A stretch of 64,000 bases of DNA from a bacterium (GTDB lineage: Bacteria; Patescibacteriota; Minisyncoccia; Phycocordibacterales; Phycocordibacteraceae), in contig JAJZTG010000001.1 of NCBI GenBank assembly GCA_021849125.1, positions 18,392 to 82,391 on the forward strand, in the 5' to 3' direction. Shown here piece by piece: positions 1 to 9,857 of this stretch (its first letter is position 1; every line of letters begins with the position of its first letter). A model generated the notes under the pieces. The model was not told where the DNA came from. It saw only the letters and a list, made by a program, of their open reading frames with translations, and searched no databases. The translations under genes were made by a program, and so were the position numbers.

Positions 1-808
1 CTCCGACACCTTTTAAAAATCCTGGCTGCATAACGATCACGTCGCGCACATCTGCGCCGATACTCTTGAAATATCCTTGCCAGTCGACCTGTGGGACGAG
101 TTTAGAGAGTTTCGGAAGGGTGTACTTGAAGTACGTCTTATCTACGTCGCGCAAGTCCTCCTTGGTCATCGATATCTCGGCAAGTTTCGTTTCGATCGAG
201 AGCACTTTCTGAGTGTCACCTTTAGGATCTGAGGAGAAAGTACCGACTCGTATGATCTTCTCGACATGTTCCAAGTACGCATCGCGTACACGCTTCGATT
301 CCGTATCATCCTTCAGGTAATAATCGCGATCGGGCATCCCAAGGCCAGCCTGGCCGAGGTAGAGGACGTAGCGTTCGCTATCCTTCATATCCTGGTCGAC
401 CATGAGACCCCAGATACCGCCCATGCCGAGTTTCTCGAGCTTCGCGATGGTGGGGATGATATCCTCGGACTTCTTGATCTTATCAATATGCTTGAAATAC
501 GTTTCGAGCGGTGTGAGGCTCAATGCCTTGCGCTGCTTCATGTCCATACCCGAGCGCAGGAAGTCACGCAACATCTGTTCTGGAGAGCCTTTCTTAACCC
601 CTCGCTTTTTCTCGATTTCGATTACCAGTTCATGAAGCTGCTTATCGACCGCGCGACGCAATATCACGAAAGAACCCCACCGAGATTCCTGTGCCGGGAT
701 CGTGTGTCGATTCATCCATCCACCCCCAGCGTGATGAAAGAAATCATCTTGCGGACGAACAGTCTTGTCCATATCTTTCGTGTCAAAACCCCAGTCAATT
801 TTCTTCAT
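1..808 (-). CDS. M13 family metallopeptidase (PepO/neprilysin-like), N-terminal part; runs off the window
   Basis: Manual translation from ATG at 808: MKKIDWGFDTKDMDKTVRPQDDFFHHAGGGWMNRHTIPAQESRWGSF, which is the typical M13 N-terminal 'D.sV.PqdDFf..a.G.W' signature. Absent from the ORF track because there is no stop inside the window. Confidence 0.85.
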   Translation of the reverse strand, partial: MKKIDWGFDTKDMDKTVRPQDDFFHHAGGGWMNRHTIPAQESRWGSFVILRRAVDKQLHELVIEIEKKRGVKKGSPEQMLRDFLRSGMDMKQRKALSLTPLETYFKHIDKIKKSEDIIPTIAKLEKLGMGGIWGLMVDQDMKDSERYVLYLGQAGLGMPDRDYYLKDDTESKRVRDAYLEHVEKIIRVGTFSSDPKGDTQKVLSIETKLAEISMTKEDLRDVDKTYFKYTLPKLSKLVPQVDWQGYFKSIGADVRDVIVMQPGFLKGVG

Positions 809-857
809 AGTAATTGCATAGTACAAGAACGCCTTGCTCTGTGCTATCTTTTCTTTC

Positions 858-2801
858 ATGACCCCCATTGGAAAGCTCGAGGACTCGCGTTCAAACGGGG
901 CTCGCGTCTCGGACGTACGGAAGCGGTATCTTGATTTCTTCGCTAAGCGGGGGCACACCATCATCCCCTCGGCTCCGATCGTACCTGAGAACGACCCGAC
1001 GACCCTGTTCACCTCCTCGGGCATGCAGCCCCTGGTCCCGTATCTCCTCGGACAAGAGCACCCGGAGGGCGTGCGCCTCGCTGACTCGCAGATGAGCTTC
1101 CGTGCGGAGGACATCGAGGAAATCGGCGACAACCGTCATACGACTTTCTTCGAGATGCTCGGCAACTGGAGTCTTGGCGACTATTTCAAGAATAAGCAGC
1201 TCCCGTGGGTCTTCGAATTCCTTACGAGCAAGGAGGAAGGACTCGGTCTTGACCCGAAGAACCTCTATGTCACGGTCTTTGCAGGCGATGAAGCCTCAGG
1301 CATGTCTGAAGACACCGAAGCCGTCGGCATCTGGCAGGAACTTTTCAAAGCGAAGGGTATCGATGCGGCCTTCGCCAAGATCGGCAGCGAAGCAGCCGGT
1401 TACGAGCGCGGCATGCAGGAAGTGGAGCGCATCTTCGCCTACGATGCGAAGAAGAACTGGTGGAGCCGGGCGGGCGTCCCCTCGAAGATGCCAGCGGGAG
1501 AGCCGGGCGGCCCGGACTCCGAGGTCTTTTATGATTTCGGCCTGCCGCATGATCCCAAGTTCGGCGCACACTGCCACCCCAACTGCGACTGCGGCCGCTT
1601 CATCGAGATCGGCAACTCGGTTTTCATGCAGTTCATCAAGAAAGAGGACGGCACCTTCGGGGAACTTCCGAAGAAGAATGTGGACTTCGGCGGCGGGCTT
1701 GAGCGTCTTACCGCTGCGACCCGTAATAATCCGGATGTGTTTCTCGTAGACGTCTTCGATGCAGCGCGCCAGTCCTTGACCCGGCGCTCAGGCAAGGAAT
1801 ACACGGATGCCGAAGCAACACGCTCCTTCCGCATCATCCTCGACCACATGCGTGCAGCATCTTTCATGCTCGCAAGCGGTATCACGCCTGGGAACAGTGA
1901 GCAGCCGTACGTGCTCCGTCGCCTCATCCGCCGTTCCATCCGCGAAGCGGACAAGCTCGGCATCAAGGAAGCCGTGCTTGCTGAAGTTGCCGAAGGGTAT
2001 GGTGCGGCGTATGCAGACCAGTATCCGTTCGTCGCAGAGAACGCTGCCTTCATCCGCGAGCAGCTTGAGAAAGAGGAGGCTCAGTTCAGGAAGACGCTTG
2101 CGCATGGCATGCGTGAGCTTGAGAAGATGGGGCAGGAGATCGACGCCTTCACGCTCTTCACGACCTATGGATTCCCGGTAGAGCTCACCGAAGAGATCGC
2201 CAAAGAGCGCGGCATCACGCTCGACATGACAGCCGTGCACGCAAAGATGAAAGAGCATCAGGAAAAGTCCCGTGCCGGAGCGGCTCAGAAATTTGCAGGC
2301 GGTCTTGCGGACCATCAGGCGGCGACCATCCGCTACCACACCGCGCACCACCTCCTCTTGAAGGCGCTCCAGAAGGTCCTCGGTCCCGATGTCCACCAGC
2401 GCGGTTCAAACATCACGAGCGAACGCCTGCGCATCGACTTCAGCTCACCTGCTAAGATGACCGACGAACAGAAAGCCGAGGTGGAAAAGATCGTCAACGA
2501 CGCTATCGACGCTGCACTCCCGGTCACCCGCACCGTCATGGCCAAGGAAGACGCTGAAAAACTCGGCGCGGAGCACGAATTCGGAGCGTCCTATCCGGAG
2601 CAGGTGAGCGTGTACTCGGTGGGCCCGAAAGAAGCGAGCGAAGCTGACCCGAAATTTGCTCAGGCATTCTCGATCGAGTTCTGTGGTGGCCCGCACGTCG
2701 CAAATACGAGCGAGCTCGGCGAAGAAGGGAAGCGTTTCAAGATACAGAAAGAAGAAGCATCGTCTTCTGGTGTTCGTCGCATCAAGGCAGTTTTGCAATA
2801 A
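858..2801 (+). CDS. alaS: Alanine--tRNA ligase, short form lacking the C-Ala domain
   Basis: Motifs DPTTLFTSSGMQP and HTTFFEMLGNWS; editing-site HTAHH and CGGPH; ends at GVRRIKAV. ATG 858 chosen as start. Confidence 0.97.
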   Translation: MTPIGKLEDSRSNGARVSDVRKRYLDFFAKRGHTIIPSAPIVPENDPTTLFTSSGMQPLVPYLLGQEHPEGVRLADSQMSFRAEDIEEIGDNRHTTFFEMLGNWSLGDYFKNKQLPWVFEFLTSKEEGLGLDPKNLYVTVFAGDEASGMSEDTEAVGIWQELFKAKGIDAAFAKIGSEAAGYERGMQEVERIFAYDAKKNWWSRAGVPSKMPAGEPGGPDSEVFYDFGLPHDPKFGAHCHPNCDCGRFIEIGNSVFMQFIKKEDGTFGELPKKNVDFGGGLERLTAATRNNPDVFLVDVFDAARQSLTRRSGKEYTDAEATRSFRIILDHMRAASFMLASGITPGNSEQPYVLRRLIRRSIREADKLGIKEAVLAEVAEGYGAAYADQYPFVAENAAFIREQLEKEEAQFRKTLAHGMRELEKMGQEIDAFTLFTTYGFPVELTEEIAKERGITLDMTAVHAKMKEHQEKSRAGAAQKFAGGLADHQAATIRYHTAHHLLLKALQKVLGPDVHQRGSNITSERLRIDFSSPAKMTDEQKAEVEKIVNDAIDAALPVTRTVMAKEDAEKLGAEHEFGASYPEQVSVYSVGPKEASEADPKFAQAFSIEFCGGPHVANTSELGEEGKRFKIQKEEASSSGVRRIKAVLQ

Positions 2802-2851
2802 ACGCTCGCGTTACGCGTCTTTCGCGCGCGAGACGATGTTAGAATGACGAC

Positions 2852-3913
2852 ATGAGCTTCCTGACGGGCCTTTTCGGTACGCACGCTAAAGGCGAATCTG
2901 TCGTGCTTGTCGATATCAACGCGCGCTCGATCGCAGGCGCGTACGCGCGCTTTGTCGAAGGCGAACAGCCGGCGATCCTCTACACCCGTCGCGTGCCGAT
3001 CGAGATCCGTGGTGATGAGGCCCACGGTGTTGCCATGCTTCGTGCGCTCAAGATACTTGGTAATGACCTCATAAAAAATGGCGCGCCGATTCTCCTACGC
3101 GAGACAGGGAGCGGTACTGCCGACACGGTTCTGGTCTCGGTAGACGCGCCATGGCAGGACACTTCGGTCAGAACGGAGGTCTTTGAAGATAAGGAACCTT
3201 TTGTCTTTACCAAAAGCCTTGTCGAAAAACGTCTCGAGGAGACAGCAGTGCAGTCGCCAGAGAACCTGCTCGTTGACGAAAGCATTATCGGGACGCTCCT
3301 GAACGGCTACGCGACTCGCAATCCGTACGGCCACGAAGCCCATCGAGCCACCATCATGGTTCTCACTTCGCTCATCGACGAGGAAGTCGCTCAAGACATC
3401 CTTACTACGCTCTCAAGCCTCTTTCATACGAAAAATATCTACCCGATCGCGGGTAGCTCGCTGCGTTATCAGGCGATACGCGTCCTCTTTCCGCACGAGC
3501 ATAATGCGCTCATCGTCGATGTCACCGGTGAATCCCTTACGACCCTGTCTCTCGTACGCAACAACATCTTTGTCCTTCTGACTAAAGTAGCGACGTCGCT
3601 TGGCGGAAAAGACTGGGCGACCCAGATCGTCTCTAACCTCGCTGAAATCGCTACCCGCTACCCGCTACCACGCACCATCTTCCTGATCGCGCGAGAATCC
3701 GACATCGAGGATGTCCGCAAGACTCTCGATGAAGCGAAAATCGGTTCGCTCTGGCTCGTTGATAATCCGCCGCGCATCGTCTCCGTCCTGAAAGACCACC
3801 TTCTTGGATCGGTACGCCAGATGCATACCGCCGCACCCGACGTCATTCTCCTTTGCATGGCCATCTACCACGAATCCAAAGAAAAATTAACCACACCCGA
3901 CCTTTTTTCCTAG
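2852..3913 (+). CDS. CPR-type hypothetical protein, possibly a degenerate FtsA/PilM-like actin fold
   Basis: 353-aa ORF; N-terminal VVLVDINARSI resembles a degenerate phosphate-1 loop; TAGAAT lies just upstream of the ATG. The fold is inferred. Confidence 0.5.
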   Translation: MSFLTGLFGTHAKGESVVLVDINARSIAGAYARFVEGEQPAILYTRRVPIEIRGDEAHGVAMLRALKILGNDLIKNGAPILLRETGSGTADTVLVSVDAPWQDTSVRTEVFEDKEPFVFTKSLVEKRLEETAVQSPENLLVDESIIGTLLNGYATRNPYGHEAHRATIMVLTSLIDEEVAQDILTTLSSLFHTKNIYPIAGSSLRYQAIRVLFPHEHNALIVDVTGESLTTLSLVRNNIFVLLTKVATSLGGKDWATQIVSNLAEIATRYPLPRTIFLIARESDIEDVRKTLDEAKIGSLWLVDNPPRIVSVLKDHLLGSVRQMHTAAPDVILLCMAIYHESKEKLTTPDLFS

Positions 3914-3975
3914 GAAAAGCTATACCCACTGGAGCTGCCTGGGTAGCGGATCCTAAGTGGTATACTCTGTGACAT

Positions 3976-5184
3976 ATGCGCAAAATCGATGACATCATCC
4001 CGCCTTCCCGCAGGCGAGAACCAGATATGCTAGGCGGGACTTCTCGAATGCCCTCCATCCGTTCCCATCAAAGATCATCTTTCCCTTACAAGACCCTGCT
4101 CGCGGTAGTGCTCGTCATCGCAGCCTCCTTCGGTGTCCTGGCGTATTTTTCGACCGCTAAGGTCGAGGTTACCCCGAACACCGTCTCGGCAGCTGTCCAG
4201 AGCTCTTTTACGGCAACCAAGAGCACTGGTGATCTCCCATATGAAATAATCACCGCTCAAAAAATCGCATCGCAAACCGTAAAAGGGAGCGGTACGAAAA
4301 CGGTAAACGCTTCGGCTTCCGGTACCATTACCATCTACAACGCCCAGACGAAAAGCCAGAAACTCATAGCGAACACCCGTTTTGCGACGACTGCAGGTCT
4401 TATCTTCCGTATCCACGAGGCAGTAACCGTCCCGGGCGGCAGCTCCTCAAAGCCGGGAAGCCTCAAGGTGCGCGTCTATGCCGATCAGCCAGGCGATTCC
4501 TACAATGTTGCCCCGACCTCTTTCACTATTCCAGGCTTTGCTGGCACGCCGCAAGCATCGCTCGTCTACGCTCGCTCGACTGAAGCCATGACCGGCGGGG
4601 CTTCGGGTACGATTCCGGTTGTGGACGCTTCGACCGAGGCGGAAGCCCGCGATGCGCTTACGACCGCACTTGCCCCCGACCTTGCAACGAGCCTCGAGGC
4701 GCAGATTCCTTCCGGATACCTGCTTCTTCCAGGCTCAGCAACCACGACCTATGAGGCGCTTGCCCCGAGTCCTTCTTCGACGACGGGCATGGTCGAGGTG
4801 AAGGAGCAGGGAACTATCACCGCGATCGTCTTCCCGAACGCCGCCCTTGCCGGGAAAATCGCCGGCTCGATCGCGGGGCTCGACTATCAGAATGAGCCCT
4901 TGACTCTCGGGTCGACCGGCAGTCTGAAGCTCGTGCCTACCAGTCCGATCGATCCATCGGCTGATTCCTTCGCTTTCACCCTCGCAGGGACCGCCTCGCT
5001 CGTCTACACGGTAGATCCGACCCGGATCGCCGCAGCGGTGGCCGGAAAGACCCGCTCGGCGGCTGAAGTAGCGCTTACCAACTACCCGGAGGTGAAGCGT
5101 GCACTCATCACGCTCCGCCCGTTCTGGCGTCAGAATTTCCCCCAGGACCCTTCGACCATCACGGTAACCGTCCAGAATCCCTAG
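3976..5184 (+). CDS. Membrane-anchored protein with a baseplate-J-like beta domain (Parcubacteria-typical)
   Basis: MRKIDDIIPP N-terminus, one TM helix, then ASGTITIYN...TRF...VYADQPGDSYN...FTIPG...MTGG. Confidence 0.6.
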   Translation: MRKIDDIIPPSRRREPDMLGGTSRMPSIRSHQRSSFPYKTLLAVVLVIAASFGVLAYFSTAKVEVTPNTVSAAVQSSFTATKSTGDLPYEIITAQKIASQTVKGSGTKTVNASASGTITIYNAQTKSQKLIANTRFATTAGLIFRIHEAVTVPGGSSSKPGSLKVRVYADQPGDSYNVAPTSFTIPGFAGTPQASLVYARSTEAMTGGASGTIPVVDASTEAEARDALTTALAPDLATSLEAQIPSGYLLLPGSATTTYEALAPSPSSTTGMVEVKEQGTITAIVFPNAALAGKIAGSIAGLDYQNEPLTLGSTGSLKLVPTSPIDPSADSFAFTLAGTASLVYTVDPTRIAAAVAGKTRSAAEVALTNYPEVKRALITLRPFWRQNFPQDPSTITVTVQNP

Positions 5185-5191
5185 GCCGTAT

Positions 5192-5220
5192 TTGACGATT
5201 TTCCGAGCACCTGCTAGATT
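5192..5220 (+). promoter_or_regulatory. Putative sigma70 promoter of the infA/alpha operon
   Basis: TTGACG-17 nt-TAGATT with an extended -10 TG. Confidence 0.6.
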
Positions 5221-5257
5221 ATTGGGGTACCTGTCATGACGAGCAATTCGTAGAAAG

Positions 5258-5494
5258 ATGAGTGAAGAAGATACAAAAACGACGGTCACTGGTACCGTCG
5301 AGGAAGTATTACCGAACTCGCTTTTTCGCGTTCGTCTCCCGGGGAATACGGAGGAAGAGGAAGGTGAGCTCGTGCTCGCATACCTTGCAGGCAAGATGCG
5401 CTTGCACCGTATCCGCGTCCTTATGGGCGATCAGGTCGAAATGGTGCCCGATCCTTACGGGGGTCGTTCACGAATCGTACGCCGCTTAACGTAA
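5258..5494 (+). CDS. infA: Translation initiation factor IF-1
   Basis: GTVEEVLPNSLFRVRL...LAGKMRLHRIRVLMGDQV. Confidence 0.97.
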   Translation: MSEEDTKTTVTGTVEEVLPNSLFRVRLPGNTEEEEGELVLAYLAGKMRLHRIRVLMGDQVEMVPDPYGGRSRIVRRLT

Positions 5495-5514
5495 AACAAA
5501 CTTTTTAATTCAAG

Positions 5515-5631
5515 ATGAAAGTCCGTGCCTCGATCAAAGTGCAGCAGCAAGGAGACCAGCTCGTTAAGCGGGGCGGTCGCCTTTACCGCATTAACAAGAA
5601 GAATCCGCGCCGCAAGGCACGCCAAGGCTAA
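5515..5631 (+). CDS. rpmJ: 50S ribosomal protein L36, cysteine-free form
   Basis: Manual translation [38 protein letters not shown] (38 aa); canonical position between infA and rpsM. Confidence 0.95.
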   Translation: MKVRASIKVQQQGDQLVKRGGRLYRINKKNPRRKARQG

Positions 5632-5640
5632 TATTTTCGT

Positions 5641-6021
5641 ATGCGTATCGCAGGTGTAACCATTCCCGATAACAAGCAGCTCGCGTACTCGCTCCCGATC
5701 ATCTACGGGATCGGTCCGACGCGCGCGCTCGACATCCTCAAGGCCGCAGGCGTCGAAAAGACCCGGAAGGGCAGCGAGCTCTCCGGCGAGGAAGAGCAGA
5801 AGATCCGCTCGCTCGCGGAAAGCTACCTCATCGAAGGCGAGCTCCGCCGCGAGATCGGCCAGAACATCAAGCGCTTGAAGGATATCCGTTCGATCCGTGG
5901 CGATCGCCACTCGCGCGGCCTTCCAGTACGCGGTCAGCGCACGAAGACCAACTCGCGCACGCGCCGCGGCAATACCCGTAAGACGATGACCTCGGGCCGT
6001 CGTACCCTCGAAAAGACTTAA
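5641..6021 (+). CDS. rpsM: 30S ribosomal protein S13
   Basis: MRIAGVTIP...IYGIG...RGLPVRGQRTKTNSRTR. Confidence 0.98.
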   Translation: MRIAGVTIPDNKQLAYSLPIIYGIGPTRALDILKAAGVEKTRKGSELSGEEEQKIRSLAESYLIEGELRREIGQNIKRLKDIRSIRGDRHSRGLPVRGQRTKTNSRTRRGNTRKTMTSGRRTLEKT

Positions 6022-6029
6022 TTTAAACT

Positions 6030-6464
6030 ATGGGAAAGAAACGTATCATCAAGAAGACTGGCAAGGGCCTCGATCAGGGGCGCAAGGAGCGTGCTCTCGG
6101 CAAAGCTACCAAGCGTCACCTCGACAAGGGCGTCCTCCATATCGAAGCGACCTTCAACAACACGAAGGCGCTTATCACCGACGAGAAGGGCAACGCGATC
6201 GTGTCCTCGTCTGCTGGCGCACTTGGTTTTTCCGGCGCGCGCAAGTCGACGCCATATGCTGCCGCGAAGGTCGGCGAGTTCCTCGGCGAGAAGGGAACCA
6301 TGATCGGCCTCAAGGAAGCTTCGGTCGTCATCCGCGGTGTCGGTGCCGGCCGCGAATCGGTCCTCCGCGCCTTCTCGGGTAAGGGCATCCAGATCAGCTC
6401 CATCAAGGACGCGACACCGGTCCCGCACAACGGTCCGCGCCCGCCTAAGCCTCGTCGCATCTAA
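6030..6464 (+). CDS. rpsK: 30S ribosomal protein S11
   Basis: ATFNNT...GARKSTPYAA...DATPVPHNGPRPPKPRR. Confidence 0.98.
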   Translation: MGKKRIIKKTGKGLDQGRKERALGKATKRHLDKGVLHIEATFNNTKALITDEKGNAIVSSSAGALGFSGARKSTPYAAAKVGEFLGEKGTMIGLKEASVVIRGVGAGRESVLRAFSGKGIQISSIKDATPVPHNGPRPPKPRRI

Positions 6465-6477
6465 TCCTTTCCTTATT

Positions 6478-7089
6478 ATGAAAACCGGCCCTCGATATAA
6501 GATCGCAAAGCGCCTCGGCGCATCCGTCTTCGAAAAAGCACAGACCCAGAAGTTTGCGCTTTCTGCGGAGCGCTCTGCAAAGAACAAGCCTCGCGGACGC
6601 GGACGCCAGAGCGAATACGGCAAGCAGATGCTTGAGAAGCAGAAGGTGCGCGTCACCTACGGTCTTCCGGAGCGTCAATTCCGCGGCTATGTGAACAAGG
6701 CGCTCGCTGCGCACAGCTCCCAGCCGTCTGACCTCCTCCATGAACTCCTTGAGATGCGCCTCGATAACGTCGTCTGGCGCTTGGGCCTCGCTTCGACTCG
6801 CCGCGCCGCGCGCCAGATGGTCGCACACGGTCACGTCATGGTGAACGGCAAGAAGAGCCGCGTCCCGTCGCAGGCCCTTAAGGTGGGCGATCGCCTGAGC
6901 ATCCGCGAAGGCTCGAAGGAGCATGGTTCCCTTACCGGCTTCTCGGAGCGCTTCATGGACCGGACCCTTCCGTCCTGGCTCTCATGGAACCCGAAGAGCA
7001 TGGAGGGGAGCGTCGTGGAGCGTCCGACGTCCGCTTCGGCGGATCCGGCAGGCGACTTGATCGCGGTGCTCTCGTTCTACACGAGGTAA
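6478..7089 (+). CDS. rpsD: 30S ribosomal protein S4
   Basis: MKTGPRYKIAKRLG...SEYGKQMLEKQK...LEMRLDNVV...ARQMVAHGH. Start set to ATG 6478. Confidence 0.97.
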   Translation: MKTGPRYKIAKRLGASVFEKAQTQKFALSAERSAKNKPRGRGRQSEYGKQMLEKQKVRVTYGLPERQFRGYVNKALAAHSSQPSDLLHELLEMRLDNVVWRLGLASTRRAARQMVAHGHVMVNGKKSRVPSQALKVGDRLSIREGSKEHGSLTGFSERFMDRTLPSWLSWNPKSMEGSVVERPTSASADPAGDLIAVLSFYTR

Positions 7090-7118
7090 TTTTAATCACT
7101 GGTAATTACGATTGCGTT

Positions 7119-8069
7119 ATGGAATACCACATCACACTTCCGAGTAAGCCCCGTATCGTTTCTGAAGAGGGAACCCAGGGCATTTATGAGATCGACTCGC
7201 TCTACCCGGGCTACGGTCATACCCTTGGCAACAGCCTCCGCCGCATCATACTCTCGTCGCTCCCGGGCGCTGCAGTAACGCAGGTCAAGATCGACGGCGT
7301 TCCTCACGAATTCGCTACGATCGAGGGTTCACGCGAGACGGTGATGGAGATCCTCCTGAACTTGAAGCGCGTCCACTTCGTCCTTCATGGCGATGAGCCG
7401 CAGACCATCTCGCTTTCCGCAAAGGGCGAAGGCGAGGTCACGGCAAAAGGTTTCAAGCTTCCGTCTCAGGTTGAGATCACGAACCCGGAGCAGCATCTCG
7501 CTGACCTCTCCGGCAAGGCAACCCTCGAGATCGAGGCGACCATCGAGCGAGGGCTCGGGTATGTCCCGCGCGAAGCGCTCACCAAGGATAAAGTCGACAT
7601 CGGCACGATCGCGCTCGACGCGACCTTCACCCCGATCCGCCGCGTGAACTACGAAGTAGAGAACATGCGCGTCGGTGATCGCACGGACTTCAACCGTCTC
7701 CGCATCCTTATCGAGACCAACGGTACGGTCTCTCCGCGCCAAGCGCTTGAGCAGTCTATCGAGACGATGATCCACCAGCTGAAGGCCGTCATCGGCTTCC
7801 AGGAAAGCGTCTCACGCTCCGTAGCGGGAGAGGCAGGTCCTGCAGAAGAGTCCGACTCGTCGGTCGACAGCGCAAAGGTGAAGATTGCCGATCTCGGCCT
7901 CTCGACCCGCATCGCTTCGGCACTCGAAGACGCCGGTATCAAGAGCGCTGCAGGCCTCATGCGCAAGACCCCGTCCGCGCTTCTCGAACTCGATGGCATC
8001 GGCGAGAAAGCAGTCGAAGAGATCAGCACCGCACTTGCAGGCTTCGGCCTCACGCTCAAGGGCGAATAA
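7119..8069 (+). CDS. rpoA: RNA polymerase alpha subunit
   Basis: LYPGYGHTLGNSLRRIILSSLPG...DATFTPIRRVNYEVENMRVG; alpha-CTD LSTRIASAL. Start ATG 7119. Confidence 0.98.
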   Translation: MEYHITLPSKPRIVSEEGTQGIYEIDSLYPGYGHTLGNSLRRIILSSLPGAAVTQVKIDGVPHEFATIEGSRETVMEILLNLKRVHFVLHGDEPQTISLSAKGEGEVTAKGFKLPSQVEITNPEQHLADLSGKATLEIEATIERGLGYVPREALTKDKVDIGTIALDATFTPIRRVNYEVENMRVGDRTDFNRLRILIETNGTVSPRQALEQSIETMIHQLKAVIGFQESVSRSVAGEAGPAEESDSSVDSAKVKIADLGLSTRIASALEDAGIKSAAGLMRKTPSALLELDGIGEKAVEEISTALAGFGLTLKGE

Positions 8070-8080
8070 TAATCACGTGT

Positions 8081-8434
8081 ATGGCATTTACTAAGAAAGC
8101 AACAACCCCGGGCCGCACGATCGGCCAGCGCCGCGCCCTCCTTCGTTCGCAGGCGCGCTCCCTCATCCTTGAGGAGCGCATCTCGACTACGGAAGCAAAG
8201 GCGAAGGCGCTTCGCCCGTTCGTCGAGCGTCTCGTCACCTACGCGAAGAAGAACACGCTCGCAAGCCGCCGTCTCACCAAGAGCACGCTCGGCGATGACG
8301 AAGCGGTGAAGAAGCTCTTCGAGGTCGTTGGCCCGCGCTACGCGGATCGCGCCGGGGGCTACACCCGCATCGTGAAGCGCACCGCGCGCGGCGCGAACGA
8401 CGCACGCAAGCTTGCGTATATCGCTCTTGTCTAG
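8081..8434 (+). CDS. rplQ: 50S ribosomal protein L17
   Basis: RISTTEAKAKALR...RYADRAGGYTRIVK. Confidence 0.97.
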   Translation: MAFTKKATTPGRTIGQRRALLRSQARSLILEERISTTEAKAKALRPFVERLVTYAKKNTLASRRLTKSTLGDDEAVKKLFEVVGPRYADRAGGYTRIVKRTARGANDARKLAYIALV

Positions 8435-8451
8435 TATTCATAACAATTATC

Positions 8452-8826
8452 ATGACCACTCGCATCCATAACATCGAGCCGACCACGTATACGATCGACG
8501 CAACCGATCGTACGCTTGGCCGCGTGGCTAGCGAAGCTGCACACGCGCTTCTCGGCAAGCGCTCCGCACAGTTCGCCAAACACCTCGCGATGCCGGTCAC
8601 GGTCGTCATCGAGAACGCATCCAAGATGCATCTCTCCGAGTCCCGCACAAAGGGCAAGGTCTACACGCGCTACACCGGATTCCCGGGCGGTCTCCGCGAG
8701 ATGACCATGGCGGAAATGATCGCGAAGAAGGGTATCGAGGAGGTCGTGAAGAAGACCGTCGATGGCATGATCCCGCGCAACCGCCTTCGCGCCCCGCGCA
8801 TGAAGAACCTTATCGTTAAAGCTTAG
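8452..8826 (+). CDS. rplM: 50S ribosomal protein L13
   Basis: IDATDRTLGRVAS...YTGFPGGL...GMIPRNRLR. Confidence 0.97.
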   Translation: MTTRIHNIEPTTYTIDATDRTLGRVASEAAHALLGKRSAQFAKHLAMPVTVVIENASKMHLSESRTKGKVYTRYTGFPGGLREMTMAEMIAKKGIEEVVKKTVDGMIPRNRLRAPRMKNLIVKA

Positions 8827-8831
8827 TCAGT

Positions 8832-9230
8832 ATGGCATCAACCACTTTCACCAATGCAGTCGGACGTCGCAAGACCGCTATCGCGACGGTCCGCATCACG
8901 CCTGCTGCCAAAGCATCGATTACCGTCAACGGCCGCTCGGTCGACGAATACTTCAAGACGCCTGATCGCGTACGCATCGTGAACGAAGCGGTCAAGATCG
9001 CTGAGACTGCTGAAACCTACGCGGTGACTTCCCACATCGAGGGGGGCGGTCTCGCTGCACAGGCAGAAGCGCTTCGTCACGCAATCTCCCGCGCCTTCAC
9101 GGAGGTGGAGCCGAAGACGCGCCCAGCGCTCAAGCAGGCAGGCCTCCTCACGCGCGACGCGCGTGCCAAGGAACGCAAGAAGCCAGGCTTGGTCAAAGCA
9201 CGTAAACGTAAGCAGTGGAGCAAGCGCTAG
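8832..9230 (+). CDS. rpsI: 30S ribosomal protein S9
   Basis: GRRKTAIA...GGGLAAQAEA...LTRDARAKERKKPG...QWSKR. Confidence 0.98.
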   Translation: MASTTFTNAVGRRKTAIATVRITPAAKASITVNGRSVDEYFKTPDRVRIVNEAVKIAETAETYAVTSHIEGGGLAAQAEALRHAISRAFTEVEPKTRPALKQAGLLTRDARAKERKKPGLVKARKRKQWSKR

Positions 9231-9238
9231 CTCACTCG

Positions 9239-9267
9239 AAAATCCCGCCTCGCGCGGGATTTTCTTT
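9239..9267 (+). terminator. Intrinsic terminator after rpsI
   Basis: aaaatcccgc-ctcgc-gcgggatttt followed by cttt. Confidence 0.8.
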
Positions 9268-9360
9268 CGTTGTGATAGAGCTATTGCTTTTTATTTTCTT
9301 TGTGTGATACTTATGTTCAGAAGCACCCGTATCTTATAACCCTCAAGAAAGGAGTCTCCT

Positions 9361-9765
9361 TTGAAAAAGTCGAAAACTGAAGCGCTGAAAGAGGCTGGTC
9401 GCTATTTCTTCCATTTGGTTACTCGGTGTATGTACTCAAGTCGGTCGCCGATCTACCTGGAAGCCCCTCTCTTTCTCGGGAAACACACCTTCGTGATGCT
9501 CGTTATCCCAACGGATAACTTAACTCTCAAGATGGTGCACGACCTGTGCATGGAGGTGGGTACAAGGACGCACGATCCGGTGGTGGAACATGACCGCCTG
9601 ATTCTGCCGATCGTCTTGCAAACAGATACTGCTGCCGATTTTCGCACGAAGGCGAAAGAGACACTCGCCTGGGCAGAAGAACGGTTCAAACATCAAGCGA
9701 TCCTTCGACAGCATCATCGTGGCTTGCACGATCTGCGCCGCGAATTCGGCATCGTCTCTGCATGA
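9361..9765 (+). CDS. Hypothetical protein (single-gene insertion)
   Basis: 134 aa; TTG start after AAGAAAGGAG; followed by the hairpin gccgctc..gggcggc plus a T-tract. Confidence 0.6.
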   Translation: MKKSKTEALKEAGRYFFHLVTRCMYSSRSPIYLEAPLFLGKHTFVMLVIPTDNLTLKMVHDLCMEVGTRTHDPVVEHDRLILPIVLQTDTAADFRTKAKETLAWAEERFKHQAILRQHHRGLHDLRREFGIVSA

Positions 9766-9857
9766 TGCTAAGAATGGAATTAGGCCGCTCACCTCGGGCG
9801 GCTTTTTTGTTTTTAAATAAAAGCAGGACAGCGTACGCTGTCCTGCTGAGCTGCGAC

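Noticed and set aside
266-934. 222-aa plus-strand ORF
   Set aside because: Antisense shadow of the minus-strand M13 peptidase.
858-2801. AlaRS as a truncated pseudogene
   Set aside because: Catalytic and editing motifs are intact; forms lacking C-Ala are known in reduced genomes.
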